DNA from: Candidatus Hydrothermarchaeales archaeon
Lineage (GTDB): Archaea > Hydrothermarchaeota > Hydrothermarchaeia > Hydrothermarchaeales > JAZGAD01
DNA: 64,000 bases
Direction: 5' to 3'
NCBI GenBank assembly: GCA_036444275.1
Contig: JAZGAD010000010.1
Location: 5,068 to 69,067, forward strand
Shown: positions 10,854-19,868 of the stretch, in pieces
How positions within the stretch are numbered: position 1 is the first letter of the stretch
How the letters are laid out: the number at the start of each line of letters is the position of its first letter
Notes under the pieces: model-generated
Told to the model about the DNA's origin: nothing
Database searches by the model: none
The model's input: only the letters and a program-made list of their open reading frames with translations
Position numbers and translations under genes: made by a program

Positions 10854-12017
10854 ATGGCCAAGGATATACTGGTGGGCATACCGGCAATAAACGAAGAGGC
10901 GACTATAATCCATGTTTTGAATACTGTAGCTGAGGGCTTAAGCGACAACTTTCCCGAGTACAAGTCCATCATATTTGTGGCAGATGGTGGTTCCACAGAT
11001 AGAACTGTGCGGCTGGCAGAGTCTTTTAGGGATAGGTTTAACATAAAAAAGGTTGTGGAAAGGTCTAAGGGAATAGGAAAGGGCGAGGCTGTCCTCAGGA
11101 TCATGAAGATGGCTCGCGCGATGAAGGCGAGCATGGTTGCGATTATAGACAGCGACTTGCTGAGCATCCAACCTTCTTGGGTGGACTTTCTCCTTAGACC
11201 CTTGGCCTTCGGCATGGCTGATTTCACAACTCCCAGATATATCCGAGACAAGCATGACGGCGGTATAACCAAGCACCTGAGCTATCCAATGATAACCGCC
11301 CTATTCGGCAAGGAGATCAGACAACCCATGGGTGGGGAATTCGGCATGAGCCTAGGTCTGGTCAAGAAGTGCCTTAAAAACCCTTTTTTCCCCAAGGATT
11401 TCGGCATTGACACATTCATGACGTCAGTGGCCCTTGCTAATAATTATAGGATCCATGATGTCCCCTTGGGACCAAAGTTCCATGAGTCCACCCAGAAATA
11501 CCTAGCGCCGGAGAATCACCTCTTACCCATGTTCGAACAGGTGTGTACAGCCCTTTTTAACATGATGAAGTACTACGAGAGTAACTGGAGGTCCAGGGTT
11601 ATAACAGTAGGGCGCACACGACCTAGGAGGATTAACAGGTATAAAGGGGCACTGCCAACGCCTACCAAAGTAGATCCCGAGTGCTTCTATAAAGCGGCGG
11701 TGATGAGGATAGACGAGTACGAGGAAGCCATGAAAGAGACATTTGGAAAGAGTGGATCAGACACAGTGAAGAGCATGGTGGAAAGCAAGACTATGCCCTC
11801 TGAGTTCTGGATCGAGAGCATTTTTAGATGCGCTGCTCACTATAAGAAGACGATGTCTCCAGATACCGTAAAGGTCTTAGCAGGGTTGTGGCTGACGAGA
11901 TATGCAAATTTTGTTGAGGAGACTAAAAACATGAATCTCTACGGGACGGAAGTATTGGTGTACGATCAGATGCTATCATTTCTGAATAAAAGGGACTATC
12001 TTTTGAGCATATACTGA
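10854..12017 (+). CDS. GT81-type glucosyl-/mannosyl-3-phosphoglycerate synthase-like glycosyltransferase
   Basis: Blocks VGIPAINEEATIIHV, FVADGGSTDRT, GKGEAVLRI, MVAIIDSDL and GGEFGMS match the block order I recall for the mycobacterial GpgS signature (PALNEE, DSGSTDDT, GKGEAL, IDSDL, SGEY). The ~130 aa C-terminal extension is unassigned. Confidence 0.6.
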   Translation: MAKDILVGIPAINEEATIIHVLNTVAEGLSDNFPEYKSIIFVADGGSTDRTVRLAESFRDRFNIKKVVERSKGIGKGEAVLRIMKMARAMKASMVAIIDSDLLSIQPSWVDFLLRPLAFGMADFTTPRYIRDKHDGGITKHLSYPMITALFGKEIRQPMGGEFGMSLGLVKKCLKNPFFPKDFGIDTFMTSVALANNYRIHDVPLGPKFHESTQKYLAPENHLLPMFEQVCTALFNMMKYYESNWRSRVITVGRTRPRRINRYKGALPTPTKVDPECFYKAAVMRIDEYEEAMKETFGKSGSDTVKSMVESKTMPSEFWIESIFRCAAHYKKTMSPDTVKVLAGLWLTRYANFVEETKNMNLYGTEVLVYDQMLSFLNKRDYLLSIY

Positions 12018-12063
12018 CTATTTCTGATATAAACAAAGTCATTACAAGAGGCTGGATGATAAA

Positions 12064-12714
12064 ATGAACAATGACAAATTGAAGCTGGCTGCCTTCGACA
12101 TAGACGGCACATTATTAGAAGGGCGGAGTATCTTCCACTTAGGCAGGAGCTTTGGCTTCTTAAAAGAGGCTGAAGAACTCATCTACAGTAGCCTCCCCTT
12201 ATACAAGGTCAGCGAGGGGCTTGCCAAGCTCATGAGGGGTATATCCCTTGAAGATGCCCTAGAGGTCGTTAAGCGCATTCCTCTCATGAATGGGGCTGAG
12301 TATACCATTGCCGAGCTTAGATGCAGGGGGTACAAGCTGGTGATTATAACAGATAGTTACGACTTCGTCGCTGCGTACTTCAAAAGGCTGCTAAAGATGG
12401 ACGCTACTTCCTCTAACAAACTATTGGAAGAGGACAAGGTCTTTACCGGAGAGCTTATTATGCCTAGGGGCTGCACGAGCGAGGAAGAGTGCAATTATCC
12501 TTCAGTATGCAAGCAAGCGGCTCTCCTAGGCTTCATGAAACAGTATGGGGTCTCTAAGAAGAACACAATTGCTGTAGGGGACAATAAGCCAGACCTATGC
12601 ATGCTTCAAGAGGCTGGCATGGGCATAGCCTTCAACCCAAAGGTTCCAGAGCTGGAGAAAGCGGATGTGGTTATAAGGGAAAAGGATATGAGAAGAATCC
12701 TGGATTATATATGA
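12064..12714 (+). CDS. HAD-IB family phosphatase (phosphoserine phosphatase-like)
   Basis: Motif I is AAFDIDGTL. The C-terminal GDNKPDLCMLQEAGMGIAFNPK resembles the SerB-type GDGxNDxxM...G.GIAF motif. Confidence 0.7.
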   Translation: MNNDKLKLAAFDIDGTLLEGRSIFHLGRSFGFLKEAEELIYSSLPLYKVSEGLAKLMRGISLEDALEVVKRIPLMNGAEYTIAELRCRGYKLVIITDSYDFVAAYFKRLLKMDATSSNKLLEEDKVFTGELIMPRGCTSEEECNYPSVCKQAALLGFMKQYGVSKKNTIAVGDNKPDLCMLQEAGMGIAFNPKVPELEKADVVIREKDMRRILDYI

Positions 12715-12741
12715 GATGAGGCCGCTAAGCCGCTGAGTAAA

Positions 12742-14109
12742 ATGTTTGGAGCTATTAAGAACCGGAAAGAGCTCATAGATACAGGTGTGTCTGAAGCCGA
12801 TAAAAAGGCAAGACGATTAACCATTGAAATTCTAGAAGCTGGCCTGAAGGCCGCAGATCCACGAAAAGCCGTGAAAAAGGTGCTGTCTGTTAGAGATGAG
12901 AACCTCGTCGTAAAAGGCAAGGCTTTCAGCCTGCACGATGTGGATAGAATATACGTCGTTGGCGCTGGAAAGGCCAGTGGCGCAATGGCAGAGGCGGTAG
13001 AACAGGTTTTGGGGCGGAGAATTACTGGGGGTTATGTGAATATATTGAAAGGCACCTCTGACATGTTCAAAGTCAGCAAGGTAGTCCTAAACGAGGCGAG
13101 CCATCCAATACCTGACGAAAACGGCGTTAGGGGTACTAAGAAAATCCTGCGTTTAGTCGAGAACACTGGCAACCGCGATCTAGTTTTGGTCCTTATATCC
13201 GGAGGGGCGTCTGCCTTGATGCCCTTGCCTGCAGAAGGTCTTTCCATGAAGGACAAGCAGAGAGCAACGAACCTGCTCCTGCAGTCTGGGGCAGTTATTG
13301 AAGAGATAAACGTGGTTAGAAAACATCTGTCAGGGGTTAAAGGCGGGCAGCTTGCTAGGGCCATTTATCCTGCACGTTGTATCGGGCTTTTGCTATCTGA
13401 CGTTGTCGGCGATGACATAAGCACCATAGGCTCAGGTCCAACCGCTCCAGATAAAAGTACTTATGGCGATGCCTTCAACGTGCTTAAAGGCTACGACCTA
13501 GTAGAAGGCTTACTTCGTATCGCCCAGCACCTTGAAAAAGGTATGAAGGGTTTAATTCCAGAGACGCCGAAACCAGATGATGAGAGTTTTACTGCTACGG
13601 AGAACTTCATCATAGGCAGCAACGAGGCAACGCTAAAAGAAATGGCACTACGAGCAGGGGAGTTGGGGCTTAAAGCAAAAATACTGGATGCTCAAATGAC
13701 CGGGGAGGCCAAAGAGGCAGGGCGTAAATTCGCTGAACAGATAAACTTGTGGTCAGCGTCTGGGGGTGGTACTGCCTTATTGCAAGGTGGAGAGACCACT
13801 GTGACGGTTAAGGGCGCAGGAAAAGGAGGCAGGAATCAAGAGTTCGTGCTGGGTGCCCTCTTATCTCTCCGGGAGAAAGGCGTTGCCATTGCGTCTATGG
13901 GTACCGATGGGGTAGATGGCTCAAGTGATGCTGCTGGTGCTATCATTGACGGAAACTCGCAGCGAATGGGAAGAAGAATGAGCCTAGATGCAGAGAGATA
14001 CCTAGTCAAGAACGACTCAAACACCTATTTTTCTTTGCTGAAAGAATGTATTGTCACAGGGCCAACCGGTACAAACGTCAATGATATAGTAGTTGGTGTC
14101 GTGGTATGA
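12742..14109 (+). CDS. glycerate 2-kinase (MOFRL family)
   Basis: A DUF4147-like N-terminal domain and a MOFRL-like C-terminal domain. Conserved blocks are VVGAGKASGAMA, LISGGASALMP, RKHLSGVKGGQLA and GGETTVTVKGAGKGGRNQEF. Confidence 0.8.
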   Translation: MFGAIKNRKELIDTGVSEADKKARRLTIEILEAGLKAADPRKAVKKVLSVRDENLVVKGKAFSLHDVDRIYVVGAGKASGAMAEAVEQVLGRRITGGYVNILKGTSDMFKVSKVVLNEASHPIPDENGVRGTKKILRLVENTGNRDLVLVLISGGASALMPLPAEGLSMKDKQRATNLLLQSGAVIEEINVVRKHLSGVKGGQLARAIYPARCIGLLLSDVVGDDISTIGSGPTAPDKSTYGDAFNVLKGYDLVEGLLRIAQHLEKGMKGLIPETPKPDDESFTATENFIIGSNEATLKEMALRAGELGLKAKILDAQMTGEAKEAGRKFAEQINLWSASGGGTALLQGGETTVTVKGAGKGGRNQEFVLGALLSLREKGVAIASMGTDGVDGSSDAAGAIIDGNSQRMGRRMSLDAERYLVKNDSNTYFSLLKECIVTGPTGTNVNDIVVGVVV

Positions 14110-14210
14110 CAAAAAAACCGATGCCATAGGCAAGTCGTAGAAGTACAGCAGATACTGCATATACCTGCAAAATGTTTAAATTAACTCATGCTTAAGGAAG
14201 GACCGAGAAA

Positions 14211-15401
14211 ATGTTCGTTAGCTTGTATAATTTTTTGGATGATGTAAGAGGCGGCTTCCACTTCGGCGAGGTGAAGATGAATGATACTACGCTGCGTGAT
14301 GGTGAACAGACGCCAGGTGTAGTATTCTCCTTAGACGAGAAGGTCGAGATAGCCCGTTTACTGGATGGAATAGGTGTGCAGCAGATAGAGGCAGGAACGC
14401 CGGCGATGTCCCCCGAGGAGGAGAATGCAGTAGCCTCTGTAGCCAAGGAGGGCCTAAATGCTAGCACCATGGGCTGGGCGCGTGCTGTTCAAAGCGATGT
14501 TGATGCTGTCCTTAGAACAGACGCAGATGCCATCGCAATATCCATCGCAACGTCTGATATCCACCTCCAGTACAAGCTGAAGATGACCCGGGAGGAGATA
14601 CTTGACAGAGCGACGCAGATGGTGGAGTACGCTAAGGACCATGGCTTATACATATCCTTGAATTCTGAAGACGCTACTAGGACTGACTTTGCATTCCTCA
14701 AGGAATTCGGTCTTAAGGGTAAGGAAGCCGGCGCCGACAGGCTCAGGGTATGCGATACTCTTGGCGTATTGATTCCTGCTTCAAGCAAATACCTCGTAGC
14801 TAAGGTCTTAGAAGAGATCAAGATTCCTGTGGAGATTCATGCCCACAACGATTATGGTTTAGGAGTTGCCAATGCATTAGCGGCCTTTGAAGCTGGAGCA
14901 GAGTGGGCGTCCACTACGGTAAACGGTCTCGGTGAGAGGGCCGGTAATTCCTCGCTGGAGGGGATCATCATGAGCCTGTTGAAGCTGTATAACTTGGACG
15001 TGCCCTTCAATATAAACAAGCTCTTCGAGATATCCCGCTACGTAGAGAAGGCAAGTGGCATCCCGGTGCCTGTGAATAGAAGCGTTGTTGGCAGCCACAT
15101 GTTCACTCATGAGTCAGGTATTCATGTGGATGGGGTACTAAAATTCCCCTACACCTATGAGTCCTTTTTACCTGATGAGATAGGTGCGAGTAGGCGTATA
15201 GTAATAGGTAAGCACTCAGGGAAGCACGCAGTGTGGGACAAGCTTACGGAGTTGGGTATAGACACAGATAAGGAGCAGCTCATCGCCATCCTGGAAGCTG
15301 TGAAGCAGTCTAGTATGGAGCGCAAGAGTGCTCTAACAGATGCCGAGCTAAAGAAGATAGCTTTGGGGATCATAGGGAAGGCCGAGAAGATACAGAATTA
15401 G
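14211..15401 (+). CDS. homocitrate/isopropylmalate synthase family enzyme without a LeuA regulatory domain (homocitrate synthase or Re-citrate synthase candidate)
   Basis: The conserved N-terminus is [10 protein letters not shown]. The H-x-H metal site appears as EIHAHNDYGLGVANALAA. The 396 aa ORF has no C-terminal LeuA dimer domain. The likely true start is the internal Met at ~14277 ([11 protein letters not shown]). Confidence 0.7.
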   Translation: MFVSLYNFLDDVRGGFHFGEVKMNDTTLRDGEQTPGVVFSLDEKVEIARLLDGIGVQQIEAGTPAMSPEEENAVASVAKEGLNASTMGWARAVQSDVDAVLRTDADAIAISIATSDIHLQYKLKMTREEILDRATQMVEYAKDHGLYISLNSEDATRTDFAFLKEFGLKGKEAGADRLRVCDTLGVLIPASSKYLVAKVLEEIKIPVEIHAHNDYGLGVANALAAFEAGAEWASTTVNGLGERAGNSSLEGIIMSLLKLYNLDVPFNINKLFEISRYVEKASGIPVPVNRSVVGSHMFTHESGIHVDGVLKFPYTYESFLPDEIGASRRIVIGKHSGKHAVWDKLTELGIDTDKEQLIAILEAVKQSSMERKSALTDAELKKIALGIIGKAEKIQN

Positions 15402-15412
15402 CCTGCATTGTT

Positions 15413-16294
15413 TTGCTGAATGGAGGTTTTATATTGAAGATAACCATAGTGGGTGCTGGCAACATCGGCGCCGCTACTGCATTTTTATTATCAGAACGAA
15501 AGCTGTGCGGCCAGCTTGCCTTGATCGATGTAGTTGCTGATAAAGCCGCAGGGCTCGCTCTAGATTTGCTTCACTGTAAAGCGCAGCATGGTGTAGACAT
15601 CGTTGGAGGTACTGACTACAGTTTAGCTAGAGATTCGGATATGGTAGTGATAACCGCTGGGATACCCAGGATGCCCGGGGATAGCAGGCTTGACCTCCTT
15701 AAAAAGAACTTTGGAATAATGAAGGGAGTAATCCAAAACCTAGTACAATATACTAATGGCATAGTCTTAGTAGTATCCAATCCCGTGGATGTCCTTACCT
15801 ACATAGCCTTGAAGGAATCAGGCATGGCTAAGGAAAAGGTTGTTGGCCTGGGCACAATGCTTGACACTCTCAGGCTTAGATCTTTACTCCCCGAGTCGTT
15901 GGGCATTGATCCTTCAAGTGCATTCGTCATTGGGGAGCATGGGGATAGTATGCTACCTGTATCTGGCGCAGGGGATAGGGAAGCACTACTGAAGTTTTTC
16001 AATGAGGTTCGTTTCAGCGCAGCCGAGGTCATAAGGATGAGGGGCTATACCGCTCTAGCACCTTCCATGGCTATTGCAGAGGTCGCTGAGGCAGTTGTTA
16101 GAGACCAAGGAAAGGTCCTCCCTCTTTCAGTCTATCATGAAGAGTATGACCTATGCATAGGCGCACTAGCAAAGGTTGGTAGAGAAGGTGCTACTATGGT
16201 GAATATGAAACTCACGGAAGAAGAGGAGAGGGATTTCCTGAAGTCCGTGCAGGTATTAAAGAAAGCACTTGCCGACTTGGGTTATCAAGCCTAG
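15413..16294 (+). CDS. mdh: LDH-like malate dehydrogenase (L-2-hydroxyacid dehydrogenase family)
   Basis: NAD-binding ITIVGAGNIGAATAF, substrate-binding GIPRMPGDSRLDL and catalytic IGEHGDS. The start may be the TTG at ~15434. Confidence 0.75.
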   Translation: MLNGGFILKITIVGAGNIGAATAFLLSERKLCGQLALIDVVADKAAGLALDLLHCKAQHGVDIVGGTDYSLARDSDMVVITAGIPRMPGDSRLDLLKKNFGIMKGVIQNLVQYTNGIVLVVSNPVDVLTYIALKESGMAKEKVVGLGTMLDTLRLRSLLPESLGIDPSSAFVIGEHGDSMLPVSGAGDREALLKFFNEVRFSAAEVIRMRGYTALAPSMAIAEVAEAVVRDQGKVLPLSVYHEEYDLCIGALAKVGREGATMVNMKLTEEEERDFLKSVQVLKKALADLGYQA

Positions 16295-16371
16295 CTTTTA
16301 AACGGCTTTGGCTTCCCTACCTTTTTATATAAAACTTAATCATAAACGCTAACTGCACTGGAGCCTTTAAT

Positions 16372-18285
16372 ATGTTGAATCTGACTCAGAAGATAATAAA
16401 GGAGCACCTCGTAGAGGGAGAGCTTCGCCCCGGAGAGGGGATCGGCATAGGGATAGATCAGACCCTGACACAAGATGCCACTGGTACGCTGACTTATCTC
16501 CAGTTCGAGGCATTAGCCCTGCCGTGTGTGAAAACCAAGCTTTCTGTAAGCTACGTGGACCACAATACTCTTCAAACCGGCTTCGAGAATGCCGACGACC
16601 ACAGGTATCTCCAGAGCGTTGCAGCTAAATATGGCATCTATTTCTCTAAGCCTGGAAACGGTATATGCCACCAGGTGCACTTGGAGAGATTTGCTGTGCC
16701 TGGCGAGACGCTGTTAGGATCGGACAGTCATACCCCCAACGCTGGTGCACTCGGGATGCTCGCAGTAGGTGCAGGCGGCTTGGATGTGGCTATGGTTATG
16801 GCTGGTATGCCCTTTTACTTGGAGATGCCTAAGGTATTAGGCGTCAAACTTAAGGGCAAGCTCGCGCCGTGGGTAGCTGCTAAGGATGTCATTTTAGAGC
16901 TCCTTCACAGGATGGGTGTTAGTGGAGGTGTCAGCAAGATAATCGAATACTATGGCGAAGGTGTTGCTTCCCTATCGGTTACGCAGAGGGCTACCATAAC
17001 CAATATGGGAGCTGAATTAGGGGCTACAAGCTCGATATTTCCGTCAGATGCCCAAACAAAGGAGTACTTGAAGAGGCAGGGACGCGCCGATGTATGGAAG
17101 CAGCTGGAGGCAGATAACGATGCCGAGTACGATGAAATGCTGGAGATAGACCTCTCCTCTCTTGAGCCCATGATAGCCCTACCTTCGAGTCCTGGCAATG
17201 TTCGGAAGGTGAGTGAAGTAGAAGGCTTAAAAGTGCACCAAGTTCTCGTCGGCAGCTGCAATAACTCCTCCTGCAGCGATTTAATGATGACTGCAGCTGT
17301 GCTCAAGGATAGGAAGATTCATCCTGATGTGAGCTTTGCCGTATCTCCTGGCTCCAGACAGGTTCTCTTGGATATAGCTAGTAACAACTCTTTGTCTGCT
17401 ATGGTAAAAGCTGGAGCTAGGATACTGGAGAGTGCATGCGATGGTTGTATAGGCATGGGGCAAGCACCCCCTACCGATGTAGTGTCCCTCCGCACTTATA
17501 ACAGGAATTTTTCTGGGAGGAGCGGTACCAAGGACGACAAGGTCTATCTATGCAGTCCTGAAGTAGCGATTGCAAGCGCTGTCAATGGCGTGCTCACAGA
17601 TCCACGGAAGCTTGGAGATGCACCTAAAATAGAGCTTCCTGAGAGGTTTGATATAGATGATTCTATGATTCTGCCACCGGTTGAGAAGCCCGACGAAGTC
17701 GGGATAATCAAGGGTCCAAATATAAAGCCCTTGCCCTTGCGTGGACCCCTTGTGGATGTGCTAGTGGGTGAGGTTTTGCTTAAGGTCGGTGATAACGTGA
17801 CTACCGATGCTATAATGCCTGCTGGCGCAAAGGTGCTTCCATTGAGGAGTAATATTCCTGCGATAAGCGAATATGCCTTCTCTAACGTTGCTCCGGACTT
17901 TGTGAGACGTGCAAAGGAGAAGAAAGGCGGCTTTATCGTGGGCGGTATTAATTATGGTCAAGGCTCATCTAGGGAGCATGCTGCTGTAGCACTCATGTAC
18001 CTAGGGGTCAAGGCAGTTTTAGCTAAGTCCTTCGCGAGGATCCACAGGGCGAATCTCATAAACTTTGGGATAGTGCCGCTTGAGTTCGCCAATGCTGACG
18101 ACTATGAGCAGGTGATGGCTGGAGACACGATAGAAATGGGAATCAAAAATGCAATTGGAAGTGGCCGAATATCGATCTTTAATAAAACAAATAAAATAAA
18201 TGCTAGCTGCGACTTAAGCCCACGTGAGGCGAAAGTCCTGCTAGCTGGAGGGTTACTGAACTATACGAAGGGTTTGAGCAGGTAA
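16372..18285 (+). CDS. aconitase family protein (single polypeptide carrying catalytic and swivel domains)
   Basis: 637 aa with GICHQV, SDSHT and CNNSSCSD-type Fe-S ligand regions plus a C-terminal swivel domain (GGINYGQGSSREHAA). Confidence 0.8.
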   Translation: MLNLTQKIIKEHLVEGELRPGEGIGIGIDQTLTQDATGTLTYLQFEALALPCVKTKLSVSYVDHNTLQTGFENADDHRYLQSVAAKYGIYFSKPGNGICHQVHLERFAVPGETLLGSDSHTPNAGALGMLAVGAGGLDVAMVMAGMPFYLEMPKVLGVKLKGKLAPWVAAKDVILELLHRMGVSGGVSKIIEYYGEGVASLSVTQRATITNMGAELGATSSIFPSDAQTKEYLKRQGRADVWKQLEADNDAEYDEMLEIDLSSLEPMIALPSSPGNVRKVSEVEGLKVHQVLVGSCNNSSCSDLMMTAAVLKDRKIHPDVSFAVSPGSRQVLLDIASNNSLSAMVKAGARILESACDGCIGMGQAPPTDVVSLRTYNRNFSGRSGTKDDKVYLCSPEVAIASAVNGVLTDPRKLGDAPKIELPERFDIDDSMILPPVEKPDEVGIIKGPNIKPLPLRGPLVDVLVGEVLLKVGDNVTTDAIMPAGAKVLPLRSNIPAISEYAFSNVAPDFVRRAKEKKGGFIVGGINYGQGSSREHAAVALMYLGVKAVLAKSFARIHRANLINFGIVPLEFANADDYEQVMAGDTIEMGIKNAIGSGRISIFNKTNKINASCDLSPREAKVLLAGGLLNYTKGLSR

Positions 18286-18297
18286 AGGACTGCACAT

Positions 18298-18444
18298 TTA
18301 TTTAGCAGCGCCGATCCTGAACATTTTCGTTCCACAGTTAGGGCAGACTCCCTGTACTGCGGGCTTGCCATTTTTGAGAGTTACCTGCTTCGCGTCCTTT
18401 ATTTCCCTTTTAGCCTTACATTTCACACAATATCCTGTTACCAT
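18298..18444 (-). CDS. small zinc-ribbon protein (48 aa, DUF5679-like)
   Basis: The minus-strand ORF translates MVTGYCVKCKAKREIKDAKQVTLKNGKPAVQGVCPNCGTKMFRIGAAK with a CxxC...CxxC arrangement. It is not in the track (<60 aa). Coordinates +/-2. Confidence 0.45.
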   Translation of the reverse strand: MVTGYCVKCKAKREIKDAKQVTLKNGKPAVQGVCPNCGTKMFRIGAAK

Positions 18445-18628
18445 TTAATCAACTCGCATCTTCGTAGGCGTTATCGATATAAAAAACTTCCTATTTTGGT
18501 TTCCAGCCGCATAAAGAAATAGAGAAATAGATTTTTGACAGCATGCGATGAGGGTAGGACGAAGAACCGCAGCCTCCTCTAGCAGGCCTTGTAGTACTGG
18601 ACCATTACCCCCTGTGATGCGTATAATG

Positions 18629-19087
18629 TTAATGGTTGATTATCTTCAAAGCCTCTTCTTTAAATTCGTCAAAGTCGTTAAGGTGGTTTTCTAGGACATC
18701 AAAGACCTTTTCATCTTCTATGACTTCATAATGATGAACCAAGATATTTCTCATCCTCTTCATACTTTTAAGATTAGCAACCGTTTTTTCTGAGAGGTCT
18801 TTGGATAATTTATCTACTGCACTTTCGTCTCCGGCAGGAAGGCCCAGCTTCTTCATCTTAACCAGCAGGTATACAACGTCCGTAACTATTTCAATTAAGA
18901 GGTGCAGCAACCTCTCGCATACCCTCTTTGTCTGGAGGCTTGACTTGTATTCCTCAAGACTTTTCGGTATTATGGACCTTAACTCCTCCAGGTAAGTGTC
19001 AAGGAGGTCCAGCTTGGTGAGAATCCTGTCCCTATCCAAGGGCCACACTCTCCAGATAAGCTCTGTATCTCGGGTAATAGTCCTCAA
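18629..19087 (-). CDS. HepT-like toxin (DUF86, HEPN domain)
   Basis: An R-x4-H-x-Y HEPN motif (RNILVHHY). It overlaps the upstream MNT gene, and the true start is probably a non-ATG codon inside the overlap. Confidence 0.75.
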   Translation of the reverse strand: MRTITRDTELIWRVWPLDRDRILTKLDLLDTYLEELRSIIPKSLEEYKSSLQTKRVCERLLHLLIEIVTDVVYLLVKMKKLGLPAGDESAVDKLSKDLSEKTVANLKSMKRMRNILVHHYEVIEDEKVFDVLENHLNDFDEFKEEALKIINH

Positions 19088-19514
19088 AATACCTTGAAGT
19101 TTTGATGCTTATGTCGTAGAGGGCATCTTCATCTTTGCAAAGGAGAACCTTCCCCTCTTTTAAAACCCGGATCTGTATGTAGAGAGGGAGCTCTTGATAT
19201 GTGTGGATGTCCAGGTCGAACTTTCCTATGTACTCAAGACCTTTTTTTGCCAAGTTCACCGTTTCTTCTCTGGATGGAGCAACGACCAGACAGACATCTA
19301 TATCCCTGGAGGCCTCATCCCTTACATAGCTGCCGAAGAGGATGACAGCTAGGATATCCTTGTCTTTCTTCGCTTTTTTGGTGAGCTTTTGAATTTGGTC
19401 TTTTATTGGTGGCATGATTGAAATTTTGCTTTGGTAGCACTTAAAAGTTGGGTTAGATGATGAGGGATGCGTATGGAATGGCCAATTACTGCGGGCTTGG
19501 GAAAGCTTTCCCAA
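19032..19514 (-). CDS. MNT-type nucleotidyltransferase antitoxin (cognate of HepT)
   Basis: GSYVRDEASRDIDVCLVV fits the minimal nucleotidyltransferase motif GSxxRGxxxxxSDIDL. The likely true start is the internal Met at ~19415 (MPPIKDQIQ). Confidence 0.75.
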   Translation of the reverse strand: MGKLSQARSNWPFHTHPSSSNPTFKCYQSKISIMPPIKDQIQKLTKKAKKDKDILAVILFGSYVRDEASRDIDVCLVVAPSREETVNLAKKGLEYIGKFDLDIHTYQELPLYIQIRVLKEGKVLLCKDEDALYDISIKTSRYFEDYYPRYRAYLESVALG

Positions 19515-19564
19515 TTTCTTTACTCATAGTAAAACTTCTTTACTTTATGTAGGCGGAAGACAAG

Positions 19565-19795
19565 ATGATTGCCAAGTCAGGGAAGATAAGTTCAAAGGGA
19601 CAGATTACTCTTCCGAAGGTGTTTAGGGAGCAATATCACCTAAAAGAGGGAAAAGAAGCACTGATGGTGCCAACGAAGGAGGGCATCCTGATAAAACACA
19701 AGAGGGAGTCTTTGAGGGGGATTCTTGTAGGAAAGATTGATACGGAAGGGTTCATTAGAGACCTCAAGAAGCTCCGGGAAGAATGGGAGCTATGA
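19565..19795 (+). CDS. AbrB/MazE-type (SpoVT/AbrB fold) DNA-binding protein
   Basis: The N-terminal KISSKGQITLPKVFRE matches the swapped-hairpin AbrB motif. The 76 aa product is a possible orphan antitoxin or regulator. Confidence 0.5.
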   Translation: MIAKSGKISSKGQITLPKVFREQYHLKEGKEALMVPTKEGILIKHKRESLRGILVGKIDTEGFIRDLKKLREEWEL

Positions 19796-19868
19796 GCTAT
19801 GTGGTGGATACAGTTAACTCTAACTTTCTATACACATGCCTAAATATAATAAAAGCAGGTTATAATGC

